Shown: positions 47,725-58,690, counted from the whole stretch's first letter. The stretch is 63,422 nucleotides of DNA, filler included, from Vannella sp. (GCA_023345925.1; 8 parts of 8 records of this genome joined end to end with filler, not necessarily neighbours in it), one strand, 5' to 3'. Notes: generated by a model not told the origin, from the letters alone. Numbers and translations are program-made.

Positions 47725-47762
47725 TGCTCCGGTCGACATGTAACATATTCAAACAAAGTGGC

Positions 47763-48782
47763 CTATTTATCGTCTCTTGATGATGCTCTTTGGAACACTC
47801 TCTTCAAACGCTGGAACAGTCTGGGAGTGGCGGAGGCAGTTATGGTTATGTTGGAGGTGTGATGGAGTGGGAATGAAGCCATTATCTCTTCGATACTAGG
47901 GCGCATTCGTGGGTCATGTAGAAGGAGAGGAGAGAGAAACAGCCTTTCAGAACGGGAGAGGCTTTTTGAAAGGGTGACTTGACCTTGAGAGACTTGTCGA
48001 CGGAGGTCCTCTTGAGATGAAGCCACAAAAGGCCAAGTTCCTGTAAAGAGGGTGTGGAAGAGAACACCCAGACTCCAGATATCTGCCTTTCTACCGTCCA
48101 CCAGATTGGTGTTTGGCAACACCACCTCTGGCGCGGCGTACAGCTCAGTCCCCACCACTCTGCTGATCATGCCACTTGCTGGAAGTCTCTTGCTAGCCCC
48201 AAAGTCGGACAGCTTCACTGTTTCCACTCGGTTGGAGCAGAGAACGTTCTCTGGTTTCAAGTCCAAGTGGGCGACGTTTCTCGTGTGACATGACTGGACC
48301 GCCACGCAGATCTGATGGATAGCCCGCCACTTCTCTTCTTCTGTGAGTGCGTAGTCGAGCATGAGAGTGAGCAAGTCGTAGTCCATGCGCTCGAGGAGGA
48401 TGGCAGCTTCTTCTCCGTTGTTTCTCAGAAGGCCTTGGTCCACCTTTCGGATGATGTTTGGGGCACCTGTGAGGTGATCAAGTATCGAGCACTCGTTGTA
48501 GTAAGCAAGGAAGGCACTGGGCTGCCTTGTGTCGACAACCTTGGCCACCAGAGAGGGTTGTCCAAGGTGATTTTCCCCCGCTTGCACTTTCTCGTGGACC
48601 AGCACGACAGTCGACTTACTCCCTTCACCTACAGGATTAGCGCGGTGTATCTCGTAGTCCCTCGCCAGCGAAGTCGACATAGAAAATGAGGTACGGTCGT
48701 CCCAAGGGAAATGCCCTTTCCTCTTCCCGTGTATGAACCACCGGTTAGCCATTCGAATTCCTTTCATATCCCTTTGAGGCAT
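47763..48782 (-). CDS. Ser/Thr protein kinase (CAMK-like); intronless, start uncertain
   Basis: VGEGSKSTV, VAKVV, AHLDLKPENVL, SDFGAS, GTELYAAPEV, DIWSLGVL. Confidence 0.88.
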   Translation of the reverse strand: MPQRDMKGIRMANRWFIHGKRKGHFPWDDRTSFSMSTSLARDYEIHRANPVGEGSKSTVVLVHEKVQAGENHLGQPSLVAKVVDTRQPSAFLAYYNECSILDHLTGAPNIIRKVDQGLLRNNGEEAAILLERMDYDLLTLMLDYALTEEEKWRAIHQICVAVQSCHTRNVAHLDLKPENVLCSNRVETVKLSDFGASKRLPASGMISRVVGTELYAAPEVVLPNTNLVDGRKADIWSLGVLFHTLFTGTWPFVASSQEDLRRQVSQGQVTLSKSLSRSERLFLSPLLLHDPRMRPSIEEIMASFPLHHTSNITITASATPRLFQRLKRVFQRASSRDDK

Positions 48783-49093
48783 CTGAAAATTCGAAAATCC
48801 AAATAAAGTTGAAAGGCCCTCAAGAGGGCAGAGAGCGCCTTTCCTTGTGCTCTTGTTCTTCCTTCTCACGTTTGAGTACGCTGAATAGTCATCTATTGAT
48901 TATCACCGCGTAGGTGTCCTTTTGAACGCTTGTTTGAGCCGCTGTATCACTCGCACCTTTGTGGACGGCGAGGTTGGGAGGGGTTGGGAAGAATGGGTTG
49001 ATGTGCGGTTGAGGGGAGAGGAAGCCAGTATTTCTTCGATAGTTGGGCGTAAAACAGGGTCATGTAGGAGCAAGGGTGCGAGGAAGTGCCTTT

Positions 49094-49193
49094 NNNNNNN
49101 NNNNNNNNNNNNNNNNNNNNNNNNNNNNNNNNNNNNNTTAATTAATTAANNNNNNNNNNNNNNNNNNNNNNNNNNNNNNNNNNNNNNNNNNNN
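49094..49193. other. Artificial contig-joining spacer
   Basis: N44-TTAATTAATTAA-N44. Confidence 0.98.
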
Positions 49194-49616
49194 TTCCTTT
49201 CGATAACATTCATCGCTTGATTAAGAGTTCAATCACTCATTTTGATGACAACGACAATAAGAAGGATGATTTGATGCATAACACTTGTTTTGCTGGTACT
49301 TGACGTGAGGTGGAAAAAACACATCATTCATGCTGATTGTGAGTTAAACCCTTTTGAGTTGTATGTTAAGTACTTCCGGTATAGATTTCATGTAAGTTTT
49401 ATAAATAGAAGAGAAAAACGCTTCAAAGTCAAATGACGGAAACTCGAATTGATAGCTGACCAGTGCCCCGCTGCAATGTGAATCCTTATGAGGTCCCCAA
49501 TCCCAATTTGGAAGTCTTGCTCACAGCTGATTGGTTCCTTCGAGAACTTCCCCTCTTGGGGAAGCTTCAGAAAGTCCCACCAACCACCTCAGCCTGCTTC
49601 TTTTTGTCACTTTTTG

Positions 49617-52046
49617 ATGGTGTCTACCAGCGGGGCTGTTGCGGACGGAAAGCCATTGTTTGGGAGGGCTGGAGGGAAGCGCGTCCGATTGTCAACTTTG
49701 AAAGCTGTCTTCGCAGTGGACTGCTCGGGATCTACAGCGGGCTCCATCCTCCGCTCTGAGATCCAATCCGCTGAGATGCTCTCCGCTTTCGTTAAGCCAA
49801 GCCTCATCCTCTCTTGGGAGACCACTGCTAAGGTGGAACGCTCTCTCAGCTCCATCATCTCTACTGGAGGCACTGAACCCATCAGCATCATCCCTTTCCT
49901 TCTCGATGCAGAGTGCTTAGTCCTTTACACGGACGGGCAAATCGACATGGAGGACATGAAGCTCTTCCAGAAGCAGATGCAAAGCTCTGTGAAGGCCATC
50001 CCTATCATTGTAGTGTTTACAATGCAATCTCGCTTCTCGGAGGAGTCTACAGTGAAGGATATTCAAAGCCAAGTGAACATGTCCATCCCAGAAGGTTGCC
50101 TGGCGCTCAGTAATGACGTTTGCGTGGCTGTTAATCTTGATGGTGTCCACAAGGTGCTGATGACAAGCGGTGGTTTGAGTCTCTTTGGCCCATTGCCGAC
50201 ATTACAACCAGATACATTGCTTCAATCCCTTCCAGACTTTGACATGTCTCTCCTGAATGGCCCGGCTGCTGCTTTCCGCCAATTGCCACAAGATTACATC
50301 AACCTCAATGGATTCGATAGACCGCTATGCCTATCCGCTCTGTATGAGAGCCAAGATGTCTCTTACGAAGTTATCAAAGCTCTCTGCCAACGCGTCTACT
50401 TCCCCAAATTTGATACAACAAGGATGCACGCAATGCTATCCCGGCGATTGCGTTCTCTCAATGACAACACAGAGCTTGACCGATTGGCTGCCAGTCTAGC
50501 CATCATTGCAAGTGACTCAAAGCTATCTGGAGGCGAAGAGCATCGCCGTTTACTCCAAGAGTTCCGGGAAGCTAGAAGCAGTCGCTCTGTCACTGGGCAA
50601 GTGTCTCAATTCCGGTCTATCCTCCAAGAGTTTCTCTCCATGCTTGCGGATTATGCCGCAGATCGAACCTCAATATCACTTGGTTCCAATCGAGCGAATC
50701 GGGCGAAAGAGATTGACTCAAGTGCGTTCGAAGGTCTGGACCGGAATGATTGCGTGGAAGTGAGCGAGTGTCCGGTTTATCTGGAATCTGGAATCGCTTG
50801 TATCTTACTCCAGAATCCTCCAGAGTCCTCTCTGTGGGGTGCCACTGAGAATGGTAACTCTCTCATTGAGTACTGTACCAACGACATTGCAATGGAGGCC
50901 CCTTTCAACTTTGGGAGAACCCTACAAGCCTCTTTGACACCCGGAATCTACTGTGAAGACTTTGCACGTGAAGCCACCATTAATCCCTTCACCAGAGCTC
51001 CTGTTCTTGGGTACTTGCCTCTTTCAAAGGATCCTGCTGTGGTGATGAGATTCATGGCTCGAGCATTCGGAGGATCCCGCGAGATGTGGCACTTTGTGAG
51101 AGCCTACATCGCCATGATGGTGACTCATTGCCAAAAAGACGAATGGGCGCAGCCTGAACCCATCATCCAACACCTACAAGCCCTCTTAGATCGTTATCAG
51201 TGCACATATCATCTCATGGGAAACTCAGAGGACATGCGACCTCTTCGAGGATGCCTGCAGCACGTGACGACCAACTTTGCTGTGTGTCTCCGCAACCGTC
51301 TACCTGATGATGTGCGCGCTATCATTCAAATCGTAGATTACCTGATGCCAGAGTGGACGTATGAGCGCCAGAAGATCTTGGGGATGGTCGATTGTATCGA
51401 GCAATTCCAGTTTGTCCTTCGTGCACTCAAGCAAGGGCAGGATATGATGCCATTTGTGATGGAGATGGACGAATACGACCACTGTGTTAAGGCTCGTGTA
51501 GATACTCGTTCCATTGTTGCCCGCATCTTGTGGAGAGATCGGTCTTATGCTGGCGAGAAGCTCCAAGTTGCCATCGAGAAAGCCTTGCAGGATCCCACCT
51601 TTGGCCATCTCTTCCGAGCTGCATTCACAGGTGAGTTGGTCAACACTGAAGATCGTGTGCTGCAAGTTGCCTTGAAGGAACCACAGGGAGATCACTTTGG
51701 GGAGTACAGGTTTCTCCAATGGACTGAAAGTGGCCAGGTCTCCACTCAATGCTCTTACTGTGGACAGCGGTTCTCCCCCAAAGTTGGTTTAGGGGCCAAT
51801 GCAGAGCTACTTGCACACTTGAAGGCTCAGTTCGGAATCTACTTTTTCAGTGGCCAAAGAGCCGTTTTGGAATCGCGGGAAGCTGGCAAAGACGGTGAAA
51901 TCGCGCACTTTAAAGAGGCCAAGAAGATTCTGTATCGCATGCACGGTATTCACAATGGTGCCCTTCACACCCAACGCACCAAGACCATTCTACTGAGAAT
52001 GATTCGCCTTCAATCACAGCATCCAAGTCCCTCTCTCCCTCAGTAG
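49617..52046 (+). CDS. VWA (MIDAS)-domain protein with a long uncharacterised C-terminal region; intronless
   Basis: AVDCSGST (DxSxS), GGTEP, LYTDGQI; later CPV, NPFTR and CSYCGQRF...LLAHL. Alternative ATG at 49488. Confidence 0.75.
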   Translation: MVSTSGAVADGKPLFGRAGGKRVRLSTLKAVFAVDCSGSTAGSILRSEIQSAEMLSAFVKPSLILSWETTAKVERSLSSIISTGGTEPISIIPFLLDAECLVLYTDGQIDMEDMKLFQKQMQSSVKAIPIIVVFTMQSRFSEESTVKDIQSQVNMSIPEGCLALSNDVCVAVNLDGVHKVLMTSGGLSLFGPLPTLQPDTLLQSLPDFDMSLLNGPAAAFRQLPQDYINLNGFDRPLCLSALYESQDVSYEVIKALCQRVYFPKFDTTRMHAMLSRRLRSLNDNTELDRLAASLAIIASDSKLSGGEEHRRLLQEFREARSSRSVTGQVSQFRSILQEFLSMLADYAADRTSISLGSNRANRAKEIDSSAFEGLDRNDCVEVSECPVYLESGIACILLQNPPESSLWGATENGNSLIEYCTNDIAMEAPFNFGRTLQASLTPGIYCEDFAREATINPFTRAPVLGYLPLSKDPAVVMRFMARAFGGSREMWHFVRAYIAMMVTHCQKDEWAQPEPIIQHLQALLDRYQCTYHLMGNSEDMRPLRGCLQHVTTNFAVCLRNRLPDDVRAIIQIVDYLMPEWTYERQKILGMVDCIEQFQFVLRALKQGQDMMPFVMEMDEYDHCVKARVDTRSIVARILWRDRSYAGEKLQVAIEKALQDPTFGHLFRAAFTGELVNTEDRVLQVALKEPQGDHFGEYRFLQWTESGQVSTQCSYCGQRFSPKVGLGANAELLAHLKAQFGIYFFSGQRAVLESREAGKDGEIAHFKEAKKILYRMHGIHNGALHTQRTKTILLRMIRLQSQHPSPSLPQ

Positions 52047-52097
52047 ATACTCAAAAAGACACTCTGCTTCGCTTTGTATTCGTTTAAAGGCAAAAGT

Positions 52098-52781
52098 TTA
52101 TCGGGTGATCAAATTGGGCCACAATTCTTCGGCAAGTGCTTTGTCCTCAAAGAATGGAGCGAGGAAGGCATAGTCTTCGATCTTTGGTTCATCGAGCTCA
52201 AACGCAGGGGCAAGAGGGAGTTCAAAGCGTCCGCTGGTCTGACATGGAGCAGCCCAGCCGAGAGGATGAGGAGTGCAGGGAAAGGAGCCAGGGACCCACT
52301 CGCTGAACTGAGGCCCGTTCGGCCAGACGTAGTTTTCGCTCAAAGTAGGCGAACGCCTTCCATTACTACAAGTCAAGAAGAGCTCTGGTGATCCCACCTC
52401 CAACCAAACAGCAAACACAGAAACTCCCATGTCTTCGTGCGTTCTCAGCGGTGCACCAAAAGAGGGCGTGATCTTGAACAACCAGAGCTTTCCTGTGGGC
52501 GGAGAAGGATCGCAAGAACGCTTCCTCCGGAGGATGAGTTTGGAAATGGTGACATTCAGTTTGTGTGCAGGAAGAAAGGTGTCTTGTTTTCCTTTGGCTT
52601 GGTTCCATCTCCAAGAGGAAGGCGAAGGGATGTTCCTACAATAGACAGAGTTGCTTACTCGCCGAAGGTCATCCGAGGATAGCTCGTTGAAGCTGTAGAC
52701 GTGAGGGTCACTGACGATCTGTCCCAGACGGTCGTTGAGAACCCGAGAGGCTCTGGCGAACTCAGGTGTGATGGGTGCCAT
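52098..52781 (-). CDS. Uncharacterised protein (~227 aa)
   Basis: ATG ORF with globular-looking composition (WRWNQAKGK, KLWLFKI, VWLEVG), convergent with the VWA gene. Confidence 0.55.
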   Translation of the reverse strand: MAPITPEFARASRVLNDRLGQIVSDPHVYSFNELSSDDLRRVSNSVYCRNIPSPSSWRWNQAKGKQDTFLPAHKLNVTISKLILRRKRSCDPSPPTGKLWLFKITPSFGAPLRTHEDMGVSVFAVWLEVGSPELFLTCSNGRRSPTLSENYVWPNGPQFSEWVPGSFPCTPHPLGWAAPCQTSGRFELPLAPAFELDEPKIEDYAFLAPFFEDKALAEELWPNLITR

Positions 52782-52872
52782 AAGAAATGAACATGTTTCC
52801 ACAGGTAAGCGAGCCCTTAGCCCCTTGTTGCACCAAAACGCGGAAACACGGTCGGAGCAATCGCCGATTATG

Positions 52873-52941
52873 GCGATCGATGTGATCGCTGCGATCGATG
52901 TGATCGATCCGGTGGATGTGGTCGATGTGATCGATGTGATG
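52873..52941. repeat. Degenerate 9-bp tandem repeat (GATCGATGT)n
   Basis: gcgatcgatgtgatcgctgcgatcgatgtgatcgatccggtggatgtggtcgatgtgatcgatgtgatg. Confidence 0.8.
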
Positions 52942-53128
52942 ACACAGGAGCCTTCTTGATGGGAGGATGACACAACTTTTTGGAGACATCCTTCAGGCCT
53001 TTCGCACAAGCCTCTAACTCGCGAAATGAACGCACGAGCAGGAGTTCTTTTCAATCGAGACGGAGGGAAGCATTGTCAGCCCGTATCATCCAATTGGCTT
53101 GGTTTATGTACAATGGGGGATTACAAGA

Positions 53129-53707
53129 TTACATGATGGAGCAAGCTGAGCGCTTCTTCTTGCTCTTGGGTTGGGGAAAGGTGGCTCGGATGGACTCATC
53201 GAAGAGAGAACGAACGCCTCGTTGTGTGTTTGCAGAGCATTCCATGTACTTGTGTGCTCCTATCAGTTTGGACAGCTCCTGGCCTTGTTGGTAGCTGATC
53301 GGTTGCATGTTCCGTTCAGCCAGGCGAGCAACTGCTTGGGGATCGTCTCGGAGGTCGACTTTCGTCGCCACAAGGAGGACGGGAACGTCTGGACAGTGGT
53401 GCTTCACCTCCTTCGCCCATCGTTCAAGTGCATTGGTATAGGAAGGAGGGGAGACGACGGAGAAGCAGACAAGAAAGACATCTGTTTGGGGGTAGGCAAG
53501 GGGGCGGAGTCGGTCGTACTCTTCTTGTCCTGCGGTGTCCCACAGGCCCAAGCTGATTACTTTGTTATCCACAGACACAAGGGCAGAGTAGTTGTCAAAG
53601 ACAGTGGGGCTGTAGTCAGTGTTGAATGAGTTGGTCGTGTATGAAATCAACAAAGAGGTCTTCCCAACTGCTCCATCTCCCACAACCACACACTTGACAG
53701 TCTCCAT
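53129..53707 (-). CDS. Rac/Rho-family small GTPase; intronless
   Basis: [42 protein letters not shown], polybasic tail and CaaX box CSIM. Confidence 0.96.
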   Translation of the reverse strand: METVKCVVVGDGAVGKTSLLISYTTNSFNTDYSPTVFDNYSALVSVDNKVISLGLWDTAGQEEYDRLRPLAYPQTDVFLVCFSVVSPPSYTNALERWAKEVKHHCPDVPVLLVATKVDLRDDPQAVARLAERNMQPISYQQGQELSKLIGAHKYMECSANTQRGVRSLFDESIRATFPQPKSKKKRSACSIM

Positions 53708-53831
53708 ACTATGTTATTGAATGGTCCACTAGAAAGGGCTCTCCCCTTAAAGACCCATCCTTTTCGCCTTCCCTTCCGCTTTCTCGCTCAAAGCCCACTT
53801 CAGCTAATTAGGAGGGAAACAAGATTCAGGG

Positions 53832-53931
53832 NNNNNNNNNNNNNNNNNNNNNNNNNNNNNNNNNNNNNNNNNNNNTTAATTAATTAANNNNNNNNNNNNN
53901 NNNNNNNNNNNNNNNNNNNNNNNNNNNNNNN
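53832..53931. other. Artificial contig-joining spacer
   Basis: N44-TTAATTAATTAA-N44. Confidence 0.98.
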
Positions 53932-53932
53932 C

Positions 53933-56900
53933 ATGAAGAACCTCCACGAGTACTACATGCAGTTCTGGAACGCCTTTGTTGCCCATGTGGAGGCGGCGAA
54001 GGCTCCCATTCAAAAGGAAGTCCTGGGATTCATTAAACTGGCCAAGTGGGAGAAGCTGGAGTACTATATGTTGCAGGATGTGGCTGACCGATCACACAAG
54101 AAGCTTTCTCTCTTCGCCCGCAACTGGGAAAAGGTGCTCAGAACACCAATAGCTTCTCTCTTTGCCTCGACCGAAGAAGGGTTCACTCCACCAACCTCTG
54201 CTTCTCTCATTCGCAAGGACTACGTGATGAGCCGTATTTTGCCTCCCCTCTCCAAGGCACAAGCTCGAAAAGAGGCGCAACGCTCTCGACGCCAATCCCG
54301 AAAGCAAGCGAAAGCTACCAAGCAATCAACCGCTCCACTTTCAGAGTGGACTGATTTGTCTGACTTGACTAGCTCAGTTCCTGAGAGCCTCCAAGAGCTT
54401 CTTCTGCTTCGACACAAGGACGAGACTGTTGTCTATCAGCATTCCCGCTTCCCACAGCTCTCTCGCCAGTTAGAAAAGATATCTCAGCGATCCTTTGTGC
54501 AAGATGGGCGTGATGGAGATCGTTCTGCTGCATTTGGGCTTCTGGAAGAGCTCGCAGGTGAGCTTATCACCAGTGCGAACCAGTTCCGGGCGCCTGATAA
54601 ACCGCTGAACCAAAAGCAACTGGCTGTGACAAGCTTCCTTCGACACCTGCGCGAGATTGGACTTTCGCATCACCTGAAAGTTCAACATCCTGACCAAATG
54701 GAGATTGAGAAGTTACTGCAACGCCAACCACTCGACGCTACGGAACTCTTCCGAATAGCAGCCGCTTCTGACGCTCCTGGAGGTGCGTTAGGAGAAGAAC
54801 CTGATGCTTTAGCTGCCACATGGAAGGCAGCGGGTCAATACTTCTACCGCAATCTCGTCCGCATTCGCAAACTCAGAGACTTGGTGACTAATCCTCCTTC
54901 CCGCGATCTCACCAGCCGCCAAATTACTTTGGCAACTGGCTATGTAGAACACAGCTTCGCACTGGGCTTATTCCAACGGGATACCATCTTGTCCCTTCAC
55001 GAAGGCATATCCTCTCTTCGACAGTATCGGGACTTGTTCCAACAAGCTGGGGAGGGTAATGCCGCTCTGCTGCCTCCTCAAACATTGGCTGGGAAACTGT
55101 TGGAAAGGCAAGATGTTCTTCTGAACGAACTCGCTTTAGCTTTGGGAAAGCTTTCGATGCTGTTGGAAGCTGGCAATGTCTCTTCTGCCCAACAACAGAT
55201 CCAGAGCCATCAACAAGCTGTTTTGGAGCTAAAACAAGCTTCCACATCAATTCAGGGTCGCTGCTCCAACTCGAACACAAAATGGCTTGTCACAGGAGCA
55301 CAAAGCGCCACTCTCCAACACCACGTCCACCAGTTGGAAGGTATCTTGAAGGACACAGAACTCCAACTTGAATCCTCGAGCTCTACCATGATCGACTCTG
55401 CTCGGAAGGCAGTTCTGCTTCTGAATGGAGAACTTCGTAGCACTCGGGCTCTCTATAGCGGGTTCTCTCCAAAGGTACAAGAGAGAGAGTCTCCGTCCCC
55501 TTCTGTCTCAAGTAATGTTGAATCGCTCCTTCAATCCTTGGATGCGGCAACCAAACATGCCCTTTTGAGTGTGCAACGCCTCCTACCTGTCTTGAATGCA
55601 GTCGACGAAGATCTAGTCCAACCCATGCTGAACTCAGAAGAAGACGAAGCTGAAGAGGCCACGGAATCTCTCCCAACGGAGAAGCCGACACCCACAGTCC
55701 CTGCTATCCAAGCTCGCTTGTTTGAGTGCTTCCACTCTCTCCGCGTGGGAGAATTGAACGAGAAGATCGCTTCGGTGGTTGGCCACACAAACACTTTGTG
55801 TGACAACGTCAACCGCAAGAACAGCGTAGACGTTGCTCTCCTTCAGCATTGCCAAGGTTTCCTGGGACAGTTTGGGAGCATACTGGGGCAACTAGATCGA
55901 ATGGCTCAGCGCCTTTTGGTGCATTTGCTTCGATGGCACAAGGGAACTATGAAGTGGACTTACGTCGCCTCAGGTGTTGTCTCCAGTCTTCTTCACCAAG
56001 GTTTCTGCAAGCCGCAGGAAGAAGACAAGGAGTCAGGAGAGACAGATGAAGCTTCAGGAACTGGGTTGGGAACTGGGGAAGGACAAAAGGACGTTTCCGA
56101 CCAGATTGAAGACGAAGAACAACTTCACAAACCAGAAACTGAAGACCAACCGCAACAACCCATCGAAGAGGAGGACAATGGGGTCGAAACAGCCCAGGAC
56201 TTTGAAAGCGCCTTATCTGATGTCAAACCACAGCAAGAGGAGCAACCAGCCGATGAAAGTGGATCTGAAAGCGAACAGGAAGACGAACGCGACAACGAAA
56301 TGGGCGATGTTGACCGCGACCAAGAAGAGATTCTTGACGAGCAGCTTTGGGACGAGAAAGAGGACGACGATCCTTTAGATGAACGGGAGGGAGAGGGCAA
56401 GGATGTCCAGTCAGACCAAGTTCAAGACGAACTAATGGCGAACGACCAACAGCCTGGCGACGAGCCACAACCCGACCCGGACCGCGGAGAGCCTCAACCA
56501 GACAGCGACGATGAGCCGCCCGGCGATATGTCGGAAGATGAGTCTCTGAGTGAAGGCGAAGATGGATCAGAGGACTCGGACCAGATGAATGGAGACATGG
56601 TCGACATTCAAGACGATGAAGATCGGTCCCAGTTCGACAAACTCGACGGCGAACAAGACTTTGAGTTGCCTGAAGAGATGAATCTTGATCCAGAAGATCT
56701 TGAAGAAGATGCAATGGACCAGGATGATGACCAAGAGGCTGATGAAGGGGAAGGGGAAGCTGAAAATGCCAGTGACAGTGATGGCGACGAAGGAGAGGGC
56801 TCTGAAAAAGAGACTGACGACCTTGATAGCTCTGACGAGCAAGATCCTGAAGAGATGGCTGATCCAGATAAAGCTCAGGCCCAAGATGATGCGGAGCCTC

Positions 56901-58690
56901 CTGAGGACGAAGCTGAACCAGAGACTGAAGAAACTCTGAACAAAGAAGCCGCTGGAGAGGAATACGACGAAGAGACAATGGAAGAGCAAGTGGGTGTGCG
57001 CGATGTCACTGGACAGGACGCCAATGTGGAGACTGACGACCAACAAGCTACTGCTGAAGAGGACGATAGTGCCAAGGACGAAGCTGTGGACCAACGCGCT
57101 AACCAACAGACCAATGATGCTCAGGGAAGCTGGAGCGAGCAACGTCAGAACCCCCAAAGCGATCGCACAGAAAAGCCAAAGCAAGACCAGCCCCAATTCG
57201 ATCCCAATCCGTACCGTTCCCTCGGTGACGCTGCTAAGAAATGGGAGGAACGAGTTAAGATGATTCAGGATGCTCCTCCTTCTTCAGAAGAGCAACCTCC
57301 TTCACAACCCCAACCGCCATCTGAACGCCAACCGAACCAGGAGTACGAGTTCCAGAAGGATGACCCCGAAGCACCTGAGGAGGACGACTCATTGCAAGCT
57401 TTGGGTCCCGCAACTGAAGAACAAGCCCAACAGACGAGCTTACCAGAAGAAGACGAATCAGAAACCAAAACGGACGAAGTGATGCAGGAGCCCGAGCAGG
57501 AGCCAGTTCCAGAATCCGAACCAAAGAAAGACACATCAAAGCAGAATGATGCAGCCGCCATCTCTTCCCGCAATTTACAAGCTCCTAATGACGACGGAGA
57601 TGAAGAAATGGCAGAGCCAGACGGAGACGAGAACGGCGAAGAGGGTGACCAAGAAGCCACACAGAATGAGCCCACAGTGCCGAACGACCGTCACGATCAA
57701 CCACAGATTAACCGGGCTGCCCTGGAAGAACCAGAGCAAGAGACAGAAGTCCTTCCTCGCCAAATCACTGCAGCTGAAATGGCGGAACTTCGACTCCAAT
57801 TGGAAGAGAAGCTGGCAGAATGGCGGAGCAGTCCAGATGAAATGGAGCTAAGCCAGCAACTTTGGAACCGATACGAGGAACTCACCCAAGCTCCTGCCCA
57901 AGAACTTTGCGAGCAGTTGCGCCTTATTTTAGAGCCCACATTGGCTACTAAGCTACGTGGAGACTACCGGTCTGGTAAGCGCATTAATATGAAGAAGGTC
58001 ATCCCCTACATTGCCTCTCAGTTCAGGAAGGACAAGATCTGGCTCAGACGAACCAAGCCAAACAAAAGGCACTACCAAGTCATGCTTGCCATTGATGACT
58101 CTGAAAGTATGTCATTGAATCATGCAGGCCCATTAGCCTGTGAGGCCATGACCATGATTGCCAAATCCCTGGCACAGCTTGAAGTTGGCGAACTTGCCAT
58201 CCTCAAGTTTGGCGAGAACATTGAGCTAGTCCATCCCTTCGACCAACCGTTCACTGATTCTGTGGGACCCCAAGTAATCTCACAATTCCGATTTGGGCAA
58301 AAGGGTACGAACGTCCTCCAGCTTTTGGATAATGTGGTTGGCCTCCTCGATGCTGCACGCCAGCAGTCCAATTCACAAACAGAACATGTTCAGCTTGTGT
58401 TTGTTATTTCAGATGGCCGTCTCTCTAACAAATCTGGCCTTGGTCAGTGGATTCGCGAAGCTGAAAAGAAGCGAATGCTCATTGTTTTTATCATTATCGA
58501 TTCCCCCAACAGCCAGGACTCCATCCTTCAGCTCGAGACAGTGGCTTTCTCCAAGAAGAAGATTGTTCGCACACTTTACATGGACGATTTCCCATTCCCT
58601 TACTACGTTATCCTCCACGATATGACCAAACTCCCCGACGTTTTGGCAGACACAATGCGACAATGGTTCGAACTCAGCCAATTCTCCTAA
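53933..58690 (+). CDS. MDN1: Midasin (Rea1), C-terminal part: linker, D/E-rich region, MIDAS domain (5' truncated)
   Basis: FIKLAKW, GTGLGTGEGQKDVSDQIEDEEQL, NPYRSLGDA, ELCEQLRLILEPTLATKLRGDYRSGKRINMKKVIPYIASQFRKDKIWLRR, IDDSESM, FPFPYY. Confidence 0.96.
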   Translation: MKNLHEYYMQFWNAFVAHVEAAKAPIQKEVLGFIKLAKWEKLEYYMLQDVADRSHKKLSLFARNWEKVLRTPIASLFASTEEGFTPPTSASLIRKDYVMSRILPPLSKAQARKEAQRSRRQSRKQAKATKQSTAPLSEWTDLSDLTSSVPESLQELLLLRHKDETVVYQHSRFPQLSRQLEKISQRSFVQDGRDGDRSAAFGLLEELAGELITSANQFRAPDKPLNQKQLAVTSFLRHLREIGLSHHLKVQHPDQMEIEKLLQRQPLDATELFRIAAASDAPGGALGEEPDALAATWKAAGQYFYRNLVRIRKLRDLVTNPPSRDLTSRQITLATGYVEHSFALGLFQRDTILSLHEGISSLRQYRDLFQQAGEGNAALLPPQTLAGKLLERQDVLLNELALALGKLSMLLEAGNVSSAQQQIQSHQQAVLELKQASTSIQGRCSNSNTKWLVTGAQSATLQHHVHQLEGILKDTELQLESSSSTMIDSARKAVLLLNGELRSTRALYSGFSPKVQERESPSPSVSSNVESLLQSLDAATKHALLSVQRLLPVLNAVDEDLVQPMLNSEEDEAEEATESLPTEKPTPTVPAIQARLFECFHSLRVGELNEKIASVVGHTNTLCDNVNRKNSVDVALLQHCQGFLGQFGSILGQLDRMAQRLLVHLLRWHKGTMKWTYVASGVVSSLLHQGFCKPQEEDKESGETDEASGTGLGTGEGQKDVSDQIEDEEQLHKPETEDQPQQPIEEEDNGVETAQDFESALSDVKPQQEEQPADESGSESEQEDERDNEMGDVDRDQEEILDEQLWDEKEDDDPLDEREGEGKDVQSDQVQDELMANDQQPGDEPQPDPDRGEPQPDSDDEPPGDMSEDESLSEGEDGSEDSDQMNGDMVDIQDDEDRSQFDKLDGEQDFELPEEMNLDPEDLEEDAMDQDDDQEADEGEGEAENASDSDGDEGEGSEKETDDLDSSDEQDPEEMADPDKAQAQDDAEPPEDEAEPETEETLNKEAAGEEYDEETMEEQVGVRDVTGQDANVETDDQQATAEEDDSAKDEAVDQRANQQTNDAQGSWSEQRQNPQSDRTEKPKQDQPQFDPNPYRSLGDAAKKWEERVKMIQDAPPSSEEQPPSQPQPPSERQPNQEYEFQKDDPEAPEEDDSLQALGPATEEQAQQTSLPEEDESETKTDEVMQEPEQEPVPESEPKKDTSKQNDAAAISSRNLQAPNDDGDEEMAEPDGDENGEEGDQEATQNEPTVPNDRHDQPQINRAALEEPEQETEVLPRQITAAEMAELRLQLEEKLAEWRSSPDEMELSQQLWNRYEELTQAPAQELCEQLRLILEPTLATKLRGDYRSGKRINMKKVIPYIASQFRKDKIWLRRTKPNKRHYQVMLAIDDSESMSLNHAGPLACEAMTMIAKSLAQLEVGELAILKFGENIELVHPFDQPFTDSVGPQVISQFRFGQKGTNVLQLLDNVVGLLDAARQQSNSQTEHVQLVFVISDGRLSNKSGLGQWIREAEKKRMLIVFIIIDSPNSQDSILQLETVAFSKKKIVRTLYMDDFPFPYYVILHDMTKLPDVLADTMRQWFELSQFS

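Noticed and set aside
52873..52941. Possible CRISPR-like array
   Set aside because: Units are 9 bp with no unique spacers, there are no cas genes, and the context is eukaryotic.
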